64,000 bases of DNA from Dehalococcoidia bacterium (GCA_025060295.1 JANXCH010000011.1:6816-70815); one strand, 5' to 3'. Shown: positions 27,792-35,841, numbered from the stretch's first letter. Notes: generated by a model from the letters alone, not told the origin. Numbers and translations: made by a program.

Positions 27792-28862
27792 CTACCCCTC
27801 GCGCAGCGCCTTGTCCAAGTCCTCCAACAAGCGCTTCGCCCTGGGGCTTACCTTCTTGGGAATCTGCACCTGGATATGCACCACCAGGTCGCCGCGCCGT
27901 CCGCCGTGCACATCGGGCACCCCTTTCCCCTTGATGCGTAGCGTAGTCCCGTGGGCGGTGCCCGGCGGAATGGTAACTTTTTCCTTACCCCCGTCCAGCA
28001 GAGGCACCTCCACAACACCCCCCAATACCGCCTGAGGGATCGTGATCCCCACCTCCACAGCCAGGTCGTTCCCCTCCCGTCGGAACAGAGGATGCGGCTC
28101 CACCTCGACCGTTATGTAGAGATCCCCTGCCCGTCCCCCGTTCCTGCCCGCGTTGCCCTCCCCGGCCAAACGCACCTGCATCCCGTTCTCCACCCCGGCG
28201 GGGATGCGCACCCGCAGGGTGCGCTTCTGCCGCACCACCCCCTGCCCACGACACTCCCCACACGGGGAGGGGATAACCTTCCCTTCCCCCCCGCAGGTGC
28301 CACAGGTGACCACCTGCACAAACTGTCCAAAGATACTGGCATAGGAACGGCGCACCTGGCCCGTCCCCCGACAGTTGGCACACGGGGCTGGGCGCGTGCC
28401 CGGGGCACACCGACTCCCCTGACACGCCGAACACACCTCAAGACGGGTTACGCTCACCTCTTTCTCCGCACCGAAAGCCGCCTCCGCAAAGGACAGGGTC
28501 AGGTGAGCGGACAGGTCTGCCCCCCGCGCCGGCCCCGCCCGCTCCCGCACCCCCAGCCCCCCGAAGAAGGCCTCAAAGATATCCCCCAAGCCCCCCGTAA
28601 TATCCACACCTTCAAACCCCCGGGCCATCGTCCCCTCTAATCCCATATGCCCGTAGCGGTCATAGAGGGCCCTCTGCTGGGGGTCACTGAGCACCTGATA
28701 GGCCTCGTTGATCTCCTTGAAGCGCTCGGCGGCCTGGGGGTCTTTATTGCGGTCGGGGTGCCACTCCAGGGCTAGCCGGCGGAACGCCTTACGGATATCC
28801 TCCTCCGTAGCGTCCCGGGGCACACCCAGCACCTCGTAGTAATCCCGCTTGGTGGTGGCCAT
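27792..28862 (-). CDS. dnaJ: Molecular chaperone DnaJ (type I, J-domain, G/F region and four CxxCxGxG zinc motifs)
   Basis: It carries the J-domain [33 protein letters not shown]. The zinc motifs are [24 protein letters not shown] and CGECRGQG. Confidence 0.95.
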   Translation of the reverse strand: MATTKRDYYEVLGVPRDATEEDIRKAFRRLALEWHPDRNKDPQAAERFKEINEAYQVLSDPQQRALYDRYGHMGLEGTMARGFEGVDITGGLGDIFEAFFGGLGVRERAGPARGADLSAHLTLSFAEAAFGAEKEVSVTRLEVCSACQGSRCAPGTRPAPCANCRGTGQVRRSYASIFGQFVQVVTCGTCGGEGKVIPSPCGECRGQGVVRQKRTLRVRIPAGVENGMQVRLAGEGNAGRNGGRAGDLYITVEVEPHPLFRREGNDLAVEVGITIPQAVLGGVVEVPLLDGGKEKVTIPPGTAHGTTLRIKGKGVPDVHGGRRGDLVVHIQVQIPKKVSPRAKRLLEDLDKALREG

Positions 28863-28904
28863 AGGTCTTCCCAGGGGTTATTATAGCCCTTCGGGGCGAG
28901 GGGT

Positions 28905-29444
28905 TTATCCCCCCTGTGGCGGGGGTGGTGGCTCCCCCGCAGAGGCATGGGGCGGGGGCGGCTTCCCTGCCCCCACCAGCACCAGAGCCGGGCGCAACAG
29001 GCGCCCGTGCAGGCGATACCCCCGCTGGACCACCTGGACCACCTTCCCCGGCTCCCCCTCCACCTCCCGCAGGGCCTGATGGCACGAGGGGTCAAAAGGC
29101 TTCCCCTCCGCCTCCACCTCTGCCACCCCGTGCGCCTGGAGCACCGCCACCAGGCGTCGGTAGATCAGATATATCCCCTCTATCCAGGTGAAAGCGCGCA
29201 AGGCGGGGGGAAGGGCGCCCAATGCCCGCTCCAAGTCGTCCACCACCGCCAGGAGATCCAAAACGATACCCGCAGACGCAAACTTAAGCAGTTCCCGCCG
29301 CTCCTGCTCCACCTGGCGGCGGTAGTTGGCCAGGTCAGCTTCGGCCCGCTGCCAGTTGGCCAGCAGGCGCTCCGTCCGCGCACGCAGCTCGGCCACCTCC
29401 TGCTCCAGGGCCTGGGGAGCACCACTCGGAGTGGGGTTCTCCAC
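28905..29444 (-). CDS. grpE: Nucleotide exchange factor GrpE, with a Pro-rich C-terminal tail
   Basis: It carries LANWQRAEADLANYRRQVEQERRELLKFA and FDPSCHQAL...VVQVVQRGYRLHGRLLRPALV. There is no in-frame ATG. GTG 29444 follows GGAGGG at 5-nt spacing, and GTG 29483 is an alternative. The ORF-track extension to 29828 overlaps hrcA and was rejected. Confidence 0.8.
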   Translation of the reverse strand: MENPTPSGAPQALEQEVAELRARTERLLANWQRAEADLANYRRQVEQERRELLKFASAGIVLDLLAVVDDLERALGALPPALRAFTWIEGIYLIYRRLVAVLQAHGVAEVEAEGKPFDPSCHQALREVEGEPGKVVQVVQRGYRLHGRLLRPALVLVGAGKPPPPHASAGEPPPPPQGG

Positions 29445-29473
29445 ACCATCCCTCCGGGCAACGGATGCAACCG

Positions 29474-30511
29474 TCAACTCCACGAGGGCTTGGGGTGCAG
29501 GGAGGCCACCAACTCGGTCAAAAGGGTGGCGATGTAGCCCACCCCGGCCACTGCCTGGGGATAGGCCAGACGCATAGGAGCCACCAGGGCCAGGTAACCC
29601 TGGGATGCGGAGGGCGTCCCATACGGGGCCACCACCACGCTGAAGGGATGGAGGGCATCCTCGGGGTTCTCGTCGCCGATGACCAGCCGCATCCCCCTCT
29701 CCGGCGCCAGAGAAAGGATAGTCTGGGTTAAGCGCCCCCCCTCCACCATCCTTACCAGGCTCCGCACCTGGGACAGGCTGGCCACATCGGGATGGCTTAA
29801 CAGGTACGCCAACCCCTCCGTGGCCCATTCCACCGCGTCGTCGGCCTCGGCCCGCTTCAGAATGCGCAAAACTGCACGGATAACTCGGCGCTCAAAGGGG
29901 GAGAGGCGTCCCACAAGCAGGGCAATTTCCTGGCGTCCCCGTCCGCTTATCAGGGCTGTCAGGCGTGACGCCACCTGCTCCAAAGTGTGGGGGGCAACGG
30001 GCTGCTCCAGGGGGAACAGTTCCTTGCGAACCTCGGCATCCTCCAGCACCACCACCAGCAGGGCCACCAAGTCCTCCAGCGCTACCAGGTCCAGATGGCG
30101 TAAACGCACCGGCTTCACCCGCGGGAGGATGCTCACCGCCAAGCCGCGCAACAAATCGGCCAAACTCTCGGCCGCCAAGCGCGCCCACACCTCCACATCC
30201 CTGTCAGCGGCGGTGAAACGCTTGCGCAGGCGGGTCTTGACACTCTCGGACAACTCCGCCGGCTCTGCGAGATACTCCACATAGTAGCGGTAGCCTCGGG
30301 GAGACGGCACACCCCCTGCCGAGGGATGGGGGCGACGGATATACCCCTCCTCCTCCAACACCGCCATCTCGTTGCGCACCGTCGCCGGGCTGACCCCCAA
30401 GCCGTGCTGACGCACGATGGCCTCCGAAGGCACCGGCTGGCCTACGGCAATATAGGTCTGCACAATGGCCTTCAGCACCGCCCGACGGCGAGGAGTAAAC
30501 ACCGCAGACAT
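29474..30511 (-). CDS. hrcA: Heat-inducible transcription repressor HrcA
   Basis: It has an N-terminal winged helix, RRRAVLKAIVQTYIAVGQPVPSEAIV...GVSPATVRNEMAVLEEEGYIRRPHPSAGGVPS. The start was trimmed to ATG 30511. Confidence 0.9.
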   Translation of the reverse strand: MSAVFTPRRRAVLKAIVQTYIAVGQPVPSEAIVRQHGLGVSPATVRNEMAVLEEEGYIRRPHPSAGGVPSPRGYRYYVEYLAEPAELSESVKTRLRKRFTAADRDVEVWARLAAESLADLLRGLAVSILPRVKPVRLRHLDLVALEDLVALLVVVLEDAEVRKELFPLEQPVAPHTLEQVASRLTALISGRGRQEIALLVGRLSPFERRVIRAVLRILKRAEADDAVEWATEGLAYLLSHPDVASLSQVRSLVRMVEGGRLTQTILSLAPERGMRLVIGDENPEDALHPFSVVVAPYGTPSASQGYLALVAPMRLAYPQAVAGVGYIATLLTELVASLHPKPSWS

Positions 30512-30540
30512 AGCCCTATCCCACACCCCCTTCTGAGGGC

Positions 30541-30569
30541 ACTCTAACACTGGGAGAAGGGCATGTCAA
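30541..30569 (-). promoter_or_regulatory. Putative sigma70-type promoter of hrcA-grpE-dnaJ
   Basis: On the minus strand: TTGACA (30569-30564), a 17-nt spacer, then TAGAGT (30546-30541). It lies about 30 nt upstream of the hrcA ATG. Confidence 0.45.
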
Positions 30570-30599
30570 GGCGAGGGCCACACGCTGCACAGCCACCAT

Positions 30600-30676
30600 T
30601 GGCAGGAGCGGAGGGATTTGAACCCCCGACCACCGGTTTTGGAGACCGGCGCTCTCCCGGGCTGAGCTACGCTCCT
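30600..30676 (-). tRNA. tRNA-Trp (anticodon CCA), 3' CCA encoded
   Basis: Hand-folded cloverleaf: acceptor AGGAGCG/CGCTCCT, D stem GCTC/GAGC, anticodon stem CCGGT/ACCGG with loop CTCCAAA, T loop TTCAAAT, discriminator G, then CCA. Length is 77 nt. Confidence 0.9.
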
Positions 30677-30692
30677 GCACCCCCGTTGTCCC

Positions 30693-30765
30693 CGCCCCTG
30701 GAGGGACTCGAACCCCCGACGCCCGCCTTAGGACGGCGGCGCTCTATCCTCTGAGCTACAGGGGC
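30693..30765 (-). tRNA. tRNA-Arg (anticodon CCT), CCA not encoded
   Basis: Hand-folded cloverleaf: acceptor GCCCCTG/CAGGGGC, D stem GCTC/GAGC, anticodon stem CCGCC/GGCGG with loop GTCCTAA, T loop TTCGAGT. The 3' trailer is GGGGA rather than CCA. Length is 73 nt. Confidence 0.85.
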
Positions 30766-30767
30766 AT

Positions 30768-30843
30768 TGGTGGAGATAGGGGGGCTCGAACCCCCAACCC
30801 CGGCGATGCGAACGCCGTGCTCTCCCAGTTGAGCTATATCCCC
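30768..30843 (-). tRNA. tRNA-Ala (anticodon CGC), 3' CCA encoded
   Basis: Hand-folded cloverleaf: acceptor GGGGATA/TATCTCC with the G3:U70 alanine identity pair, anticodon stem CGGCG/CGCCG with loop TTCGCAT, T loop TTCGAGC, discriminator A, then CCA. Length is 76 nt. Confidence 0.9.
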
Positions 30844-30857
30844 ACGGGGCCATGCCT

Positions 30858-30886
30858 ATCATACCCCCTCCCCTTCCCCCTGTCAA
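30858..30886 (-). promoter_or_regulatory. Putative sigma70-type promoter of the tRNA-Ala/Arg/Trp cluster
   Basis: On the minus strand: TTGACA (30886-30881), a 17-nt spacer, then TATGAT (30863-30858). It lies about 15 nt upstream of the mature tRNA-Ala 5' end. Confidence 0.5.
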
Positions 30887-30939
30887 CCACCCTGTGAGAA
30901 CACTGCGCCTTGCCCTCGGCCCCACGCAGGCGATGCCCC

Positions 30940-31905
30940 CTACGACGCCCGTGCCGTCGCCTTTGGGGGCTCGGTCAGCAGGCGCTGGAAGACCTCCACC
31001 CACCCCTTGTCCACAAACACCAAAGTATCGCTCCGATTGGGACGGGCGTAGTAGCCGCTGCCATCACCCAGGAGATTGCCTATCTCCAGAGTAATTACGC
31101 GGCGGGGACGCTCCGTCTGGAAGGGCAGTTCATACTCCACACTCACCGTCACCTGGGGGTTGTCCACCCCATAGGCCGCGAAGTCTTTCACCCCCCGCTC
31201 CAACACCCGCAGGGAGGGGGGGCCCCCCAGAAGCGGTGTCACCTCCTGCCAGCGGGGAGGGTCTATAGGGGTATCCTGCGGGTCATCAAAGGCCCATTGC
31301 CCCCGAAACTTGCGGAAGGCCACCTTCGCCTCACCCTGTTGCACCAACAGGCGCACCACCCGCTCCGGCACCACCCGATAATACCACTCGGGATAGGGCG
31401 GGTCGGTAACCAGGCGTCCCAGCACATCCCCCCACGAGGCGTCCACCAAGAACAGTTGCGGGGAGCCCTTCAACTGAGCGTAGTGGGCGGTGCCATCGGG
31501 GGTCTTCTCCCCCAGCACAATCTCAAAGGTGCGCCCCCCGCTCGCCTCGACCTGAATCACCAGGGAGGGCTTGTCCAACCCGTAACGGGCAGGGTCATCC
31601 ACCTGCTCGGCCAACAGACGGCGCGACTGAGGGCCACTCAACAGCAGCGTGATGCCCGCCCAGCGGGAGGGATCCACCGGCAGAGGCTCCGGCTCCTCCA
31701 GCCACCAGTTCCCCTCCTTCTGCACGAAGCGTTGCCTCTGCCCCCCTTGGGTAAGGGTAATGGCGAGCATGTCGTCCATATTGATGGCATAAAACCAGGG
31801 GGGCTCCGGCTCCCGTTTCGGGGGGCGTTGCACTTGGGCAAAGTAGAAATAGCCCGCCACCACCACCAGGAACACCAAAAGCAGAGAGATGATGCGGATG
31901 TTCAT
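30940..31905 (-). CDS. DUF4340-domain protein (accessory component of the GldG-type ABC module)
   Basis: It has an N-terminal TM anchor and repeated blocks of the form ...GNWWLEEPEPLPVDPSRW...YGLDKPSLVIQVE, typical of DUF4340. It sits immediately downstream of the GldG-like gene. Confidence 0.65.
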   Translation of the reverse strand: MNIRIISLLLVFLVVVAGYFYFAQVQRPPKREPEPPWFYAINMDDMLAITLTQGGQRQRFVQKEGNWWLEEPEPLPVDPSRWAGITLLLSGPQSRRLLAEQVDDPARYGLDKPSLVIQVEASGGRTFEIVLGEKTPDGTAHYAQLKGSPQLFLVDASWGDVLGRLVTDPPYPEWYYRVVPERVVRLLVQQGEAKVAFRKFRGQWAFDDPQDTPIDPPRWQEVTPLLGGPPSLRVLERGVKDFAAYGVDNPQVTVSVEYELPFQTERPRRVITLEIGNLLGDGSGYYARPNRSDTLVFVDKGWVEVFQRLLTEPPKATARAS

Positions 31906-31911
31906 ACCCGC

Positions 31912-33579
31912 TTACCTGTGCCTCCACCACACGATCAGGGCCAAAAAGGCCACCGCCGCCGGCAAAAGGAACCACGACGAGTAGCGAATAAAGTTGAACT
32001 CCCGCCGCGTCATCACCAATTCCCGGAAGGCAACGGGCTTGGGACGAATGGAGATGAGGGCATAATCCTTAGCCAGCCAGTTCACCGCATTCAGGAACAG
32101 GTCGCTGTTGGTATAGGCGTAATAGTACTTATTGGTGGCGAAGTCCGAATCCCCCACCACCACAATACTCGTCATGGGCTGTTCCTCCCTGGGGGAAGGG
32201 CGCTGGGGCTCCTCGTCCACGGGGGCCAAGGCCTCCACCACCAACCCCAGCACAACGGGACCGGGGGTATCCTTCCCCTCCAAGAACTCGTTACGCTCCT
32301 TATCCGTGGTGACCCACGAGCGGGGCGAAGTGGACACCAAAGGCGTGTAGTCCACCCAGGGGGGCTTCTTGCGGGGATCCCGCTTATAATCCGCCAAAAT
32401 GTCCACGGGCGTGGCCAAGGGGTAAAAGGTGACGTCCAGGGGGTTGGTAATGGTATGGTCCAGGTATTGCACCCTCTGCACCACCGGCGTGCGGGGGTCT
32501 CCCGTTACCGAACTGCCCTGGTCCACCACCGTGCCCTCCCCCAGCACCACACCCCACCTGCGCAGGAGATCCTTGAAGGTCTGGGGTGTATCGGGATCCA
32601 GCAGGAACAGGGCACGCCCCCCACCCTTCAGCCAGTTCAGCAAGATGTCCCGCTCGGTCTCTAGCAGGTCGCGCTTGGGGCCGGCGACCACCAGCACGGC
32701 GGCGTCCTCGGGCACCCGCCCCGCCTGGGACAGATTGAGGGGTTGGATGCGGTAGTTATCGTTAATCAGCCCCCGTGCAGCGAACCCAAAGCCCTGACTG
32801 TTCTCCTGCACATCGGTGATGTCCCGCTCGTTATGTCCCGTCAAGAAGTAGACCACCTTCTGCTGGGTGCCCGTCACGATGAGCAAGGCACTAGTGAAGT
32901 CCTGCTCCGTGACAGGGGGAATGAGCACCGTATGGCGCCGCTTGCTCTCCTGGGCCTCAAACACCACCGCCGGATATTGGTTCACCCCCATCTGGCGCGC
33001 TTTGGACGGCTCCGCCTCCGGGTCCACGAACTGATAGGTGAACTTCTTATCCGACCGACGAGCGAACTCAAAGAGCAGGTCGTCCGCCCGCTGGCGGTCC
33101 CGCGCCTGGTCGGCGCGAGTAGGGACAAAGAAGGCCACCGCCCGCACAGGCTCCGGCAACTCTCGCAACACCTTAATGGTTTGGGGGGCCAGGGTGAACT
33201 GCTTGGTAGCGGTTGTATCCACCCGCTGGGCATTACGGAAACTGATGAACCCCAGCAGGGCCAGGATGGTCGTAACCAGCGCAAAGAGCACCAGGGCGTT
33301 GAGGGTCAGACGCCCCCGCCGCCCCGTAACGGCGCTCTTCACGGCCGGAAAGGCAGCCACCGCCCCCAGCACCAGCAACCCCACCCCCGCCAGCACCACC
33401 CCAAGCGCAAAGGGGCGCAGATCCGGCACCCAAATGTAAAGCGCTCCCCCCCCCACCACAAGCCCACCCCCCAAGGCTCCCAACAGGGACGCAATACTTG
33501 CGAGCCACCCCAACACCCGCCGAACCAGGCTGGGGGCAGGGCCGGGGGGTGCTTTCGGCCGTGCCGTTGTGCGGGCCAT
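31912..33579 (-). CDS. GldG-family ABC-transporter auxiliary protein
   Basis: It has N- and C-terminal TM segments and a large extracytoplasmic domain. Its position downstream of ABC-2 permease and ATPase genes matches the GldA/F/G-like arrangement. Confidence 0.65.
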   Translation of the reverse strand: MARTTARPKAPPGPAPSLVRRVLGWLASIASLLGALGGGLVVGGGALYIWVPDLRPFALGVVLAGVGLLVLGAVAAFPAVKSAVTGRRGRLTLNALVLFALVTTILALLGFISFRNAQRVDTTATKQFTLAPQTIKVLRELPEPVRAVAFFVPTRADQARDRQRADDLLFEFARRSDKKFTYQFVDPEAEPSKARQMGVNQYPAVVFEAQESKRRHTVLIPPVTEQDFTSALLIVTGTQQKVVYFLTGHNERDITDVQENSQGFGFAARGLINDNYRIQPLNLSQAGRVPEDAAVLVVAGPKRDLLETERDILLNWLKGGGRALFLLDPDTPQTFKDLLRRWGVVLGEGTVVDQGSSVTGDPRTPVVQRVQYLDHTITNPLDVTFYPLATPVDILADYKRDPRKKPPWVDYTPLVSTSPRSWVTTDKERNEFLEGKDTPGPVVLGLVVEALAPVDEEPQRPSPREEQPMTSIVVVGDSDFATNKYYYAYTNSDLFLNAVNWLAKDYALISIRPKPVAFRELVMTRREFNFIRYSSWFLLPAAVAFLALIVWWRHR

Positions 33580-33580
33580 A

Positions 33581-34294
33581 CTACCTCCACCGACGGGAAT
33601 CCAGGTTGCGCTCCGTCAGAAAGAGCACGAAAACCGTTACCAGCAGGTAATACACCACATTATGGGTGTCAATCACCCCACGCGCGAAGTCGTCAAAATG
33701 GGCGGTGAGGCTGATCTGCTCCAACACCCGGGAGGCAATGCCCCCCACAATTTGCGCCGCCTGGTCAGCCAGGGTCATCAGGAGCAGAACCCCCGACCCC
33801 ACAATGGCAGCCACGATCTGGTTACTGGTAAGGGAGGAGGCGAACAGACCAATGGCCAGACAGGCGCTCCCATACAGAAGAATTCCCAAATAGCCCGACA
33901 GAAGCGGCCCCACATCGGGATCGCCGAACCAGAACAGCAGGAGCACATAATACAAAGTCAGGGCGAGGGTGCCCACCAGGATACCTAGGCTGGCCAGGAA
34001 CTTCCCCAGCACCACCTCCCAGTCGCGGACAGGGGCCGTCAAGAGCAGTTCCAGCGTCCCCAGCTTCTGCTCCTCGGCGAACAGGCGCATGGTCAACGCC
34101 GGTGCCCAGAACACGAAGAAGAAAGTGGCCGGCAGAAGCCAGCCCCGAATGGTGGCCTCAGCGAAGGGCCGACTGATGGACGACACGAAGAAATACCCCG
34201 TCAAAGCCAGGAACACCGCCCCGACCACGTAGGCCATGGGCGAGCCAAAGTAGGACTTGGTCTCCTTCCAGGCGATGGCCACAGTGTTGCGCAC
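33581..34294 (-). CDS. ABC-2 type transporter permease (GldF-like)
   Basis: It is a six-TM protein of 237 aa, beginning AIAWKETKSYFGSPMAYVVGAVFLALTGYFF. It is tightly packed with its neighbours, with 1-3 nt gaps. Confidence 0.75.
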   Translation of the reverse strand: MRNTVAIAWKETKSYFGSPMAYVVGAVFLALTGYFFVSSISRPFAEATIRGWLLPATFFFVFWAPALTMRLFAEEQKLGTLELLLTAPVRDWEVVLGKFLASLGILVGTLALTLYYVLLLFWFGDPDVGPLLSGYLGILLYGSACLAIGLFASSLTSNQIVAAIVGSGVLLLMTLADQAAQIVGGIASRVLEQISLTAHFDDFARGVIDTHNVVYYLLVTVFVLFLTERNLDSRRWR

Positions 34295-34297
34295 GCC

Positions 34298-35260
34298 TTA
34301 CGCCTCCTCCTCCTGGACTGTGAGACGCAGGAAAATCTCCTCCAGGGAGATGCTGGCGGGGTTCAACTTCAGCAGGCCCCAGCCCTTACTCACGATGGCC
34401 TGGGCAATTTGCTCCCGCAGGTCTGCCCCCCGACGCGACTCCACGATATAGGTTGCGGGTTCCCCCTCCCCAATGCGGCGCACATCCATCACCCCCCGCA
34501 TCCCCCGCAGCAGAGGCATCACCTCCTTAGCTGGCCCCCGCACCTCCAGCTCTATACGCTCCGTGCCCTTCAAGCGTTCTGCCAGGTTGGCGGGGGTATC
34601 CTCGGCCACCACCCGCCCCTCGTGGATGATCACCACCCGGTTGCACACCATACTTACCTCAGGCAAGATATGGGTGCTCAAAATAATGGTGTGCTCCTTC
34701 CCCAACTCCCGGATAAGGCTGCGCGTCTCCACCACCTGAATGGGGTCAATGCCGATAGTGGGCTCGTCCAGAATGAGCACCTCCGGCTCGTGCAGGATGG
34801 CCTGGGCCAGGCCCGTGCGCTGGCGATACCCCTTGGACAGTTTGGCGATGTGGGTGCTCCGATACTCGTGGATTTTGACGATGTCAATCACCTCGTTAAT
34901 CCGCTGGCGCAGACGCTTCTTGGGCATCCCCCGGATGGTGCCCATGAACTCCAAATAGTCCTCCACCGTCATATCGGTATAGAGGGGGACAGTCTCGGGC
35001 AGATAGCCAATGCGCCGGCGCGCCTCCAGAGACTGGCTCTGGATGTCGTAGCCGGCGATGCGCACCGTCCCGCTGGTGGGGGGGATGTAGCCCGTCGCAA
35101 TGCGCATCGTGGTGGTCTTCCCCGAGCCGTTGGGGCCCAAAAAGCCCAGGATATCCCCCTTCCGCACCGTAAAAGAGACCCCCTCAATGGCCATAAAGTT
35201 GCCATAGTATTTGGTGAGGTCTTTGACCTCCACCATCACCTGGTCCGTTCCAGTGGACAC
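34298..35260 (-). CDS. ABC transporter ATP-binding protein (GldA-like)
   Basis: It carries Walker A GPNGSGKTT, the signature LSKGYRQR and Walker B VLILDEPTIGID. Confidence 0.9.
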   Translation of the reverse strand: MSTGTDQVMVEVKDLTKYYGNFMAIEGVSFTVRKGDILGFLGPNGSGKTTTMRIATGYIPPTSGTVRIAGYDIQSQSLEARRRIGYLPETVPLYTDMTVEDYLEFMGTIRGMPKKRLRQRINEVIDIVKIHEYRSTHIAKLSKGYRQRTGLAQAILHEPEVLILDEPTIGIDPIQVVETRSLIRELGKEHTIILSTHILPEVSMVCNRVVIIHEGRVVAEDTPANLAERLKGTERIELEVRGPAKEVMPLLRGMRGVMDVRRIGEGEPATYIVESRRGADLREQIAQAIVSKGWGLLKLNPASISLEEIFLRLTVQEEEA

Positions 35261-35280
35261 CCTCTCCTCCCTTGCGCAGG

Positions 35281-35841
35281 CTATCCCAGAATGGCCTCCA
35301 CCGGTACCTCTAGGCCGGGGAGGGCGAGGGGCGTAAGCCTCTCCCCCCTGCCCACCCGCTCCACCCGCCCATACCCTTGCCCCGCAGGCTCCCTATACAC
35401 TTCTACGCATCCCGCCGCCAGGTCCACCAGCCACACCTCCCGCACCCCTGCACGGGCGTAGAGGGGCACCTTCACCTGGCGCTCGTAGTCGGCCGAGGTA
35501 TCGGCCACCTCTATCAGAAGAAGCACATCCTGGGGGCCAGGGTGGGCGGAAGCGTAGTAGTCGGGGCGGGGCACCAGGAGGGTGATATCGGGCTGGGGCT
35601 CCGAGTAGGGGCCCAAACGCACCGGGTTCTGGGCATTGACGAAGGCGTGCGGGCCGACCTTCTCCGAAAGAATGCGAATCAGCCGCAGCACCGTAGAAGC
35701 GTGACGTATCCCGATAGGGGCCATCGTGCGTATCTCCCCTTCCAGCAGTTCCACCCGGTCATCCTCGCCTAGGATGCCCGTCTCCGCCATGCGGTGGTAT
35801 TCCTCCACCGTGAACAAACGCCGTGCCCCGACAGTAGTCAT
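35281..35841 (-). CDS. Uma2-family (DUF820) PD-(D/E)xK nuclease-fold protein, third copy
   Basis: It carries FTVEEYHRMAETGILGEDDRVELLEGEI and LLLIEVADTSADYERQVKVPLYARAGVREVWLVDL. The product is exactly 186 aa, like the tandem pair. Confidence 0.8.
   Translation of the reverse strand: MTTVGARRLFTVEEYHRMAETGILGEDDRVELLEGEIRTMAPIGIRHASTVLRLIRILSEKVGPHAFVNAQNPVRLGPYSEPQPDITLLVPRPDYYASAHPGPQDVLLLIEVADTSADYERQVKVPLYARAGVREVWLVDLAAGCVEVYREPAGQGYGRVERVGRGERLTPLALPGLEVPVEAILG

Larger units (their letters stand above)
26639..27798. repeat. Tandem direct duplication, period 580 bp (two Uma2 units)
   Basis: I aligned lines by hand at offset 580. Positions 26906-27109 and 27486-27689 are identical over 204 nt except one mismatch (26999 c versus 27579 a). 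The 5' 170 nt are also highly similar. The central and 3' parts are diverged. Confidence 0.9.

Noticed and set aside
30527-30552. CIRCE operator upstream of hrcA
   Set aside because: Only GGGCACTC-N9-GAGAAGGGC is present. The right arm matches the consensus GAGTGCTAA only in its first three bases, so there is no real inverted repeat. It is recorded as a finding about absence or divergence, not as a feature.
30600-30843. tRNA cluster as an integration site for a genomic island or prophage
   Set aside because: The window contains no integrase, excisionase, phage or IS genes, and I found no direct repeat of a tRNA 3' end. The flanking genes are housekeeping (hrcA operon, ABC module).
30910-32664. 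Long ORFs (up to 584 aa) antisense to well-supported genes. Examples: 30910-32664(+), 32743-33708(+), 34409-35461(+), 36228-37280(+), 36509-37732(+), 38597-40045(+), 44207-45397(+), 45644-46960(+), 55332-56198(-), 56020-56922(-), 57591-59108(-), 60952-62199(-), 62938-63993(-), 17337-18365(-), 21261-22115(-), 15777-16595(-) and 26450-27382(-).
   Set aside because: In a roughly 65-70% GC genome, stop codons are rare on the antisense strand of real genes. The translations are low-complexity and rich in G, R, P, H and A. They have no recognisable motifs, and each lies opposite a gene with clear family signatures and GC3 bias.
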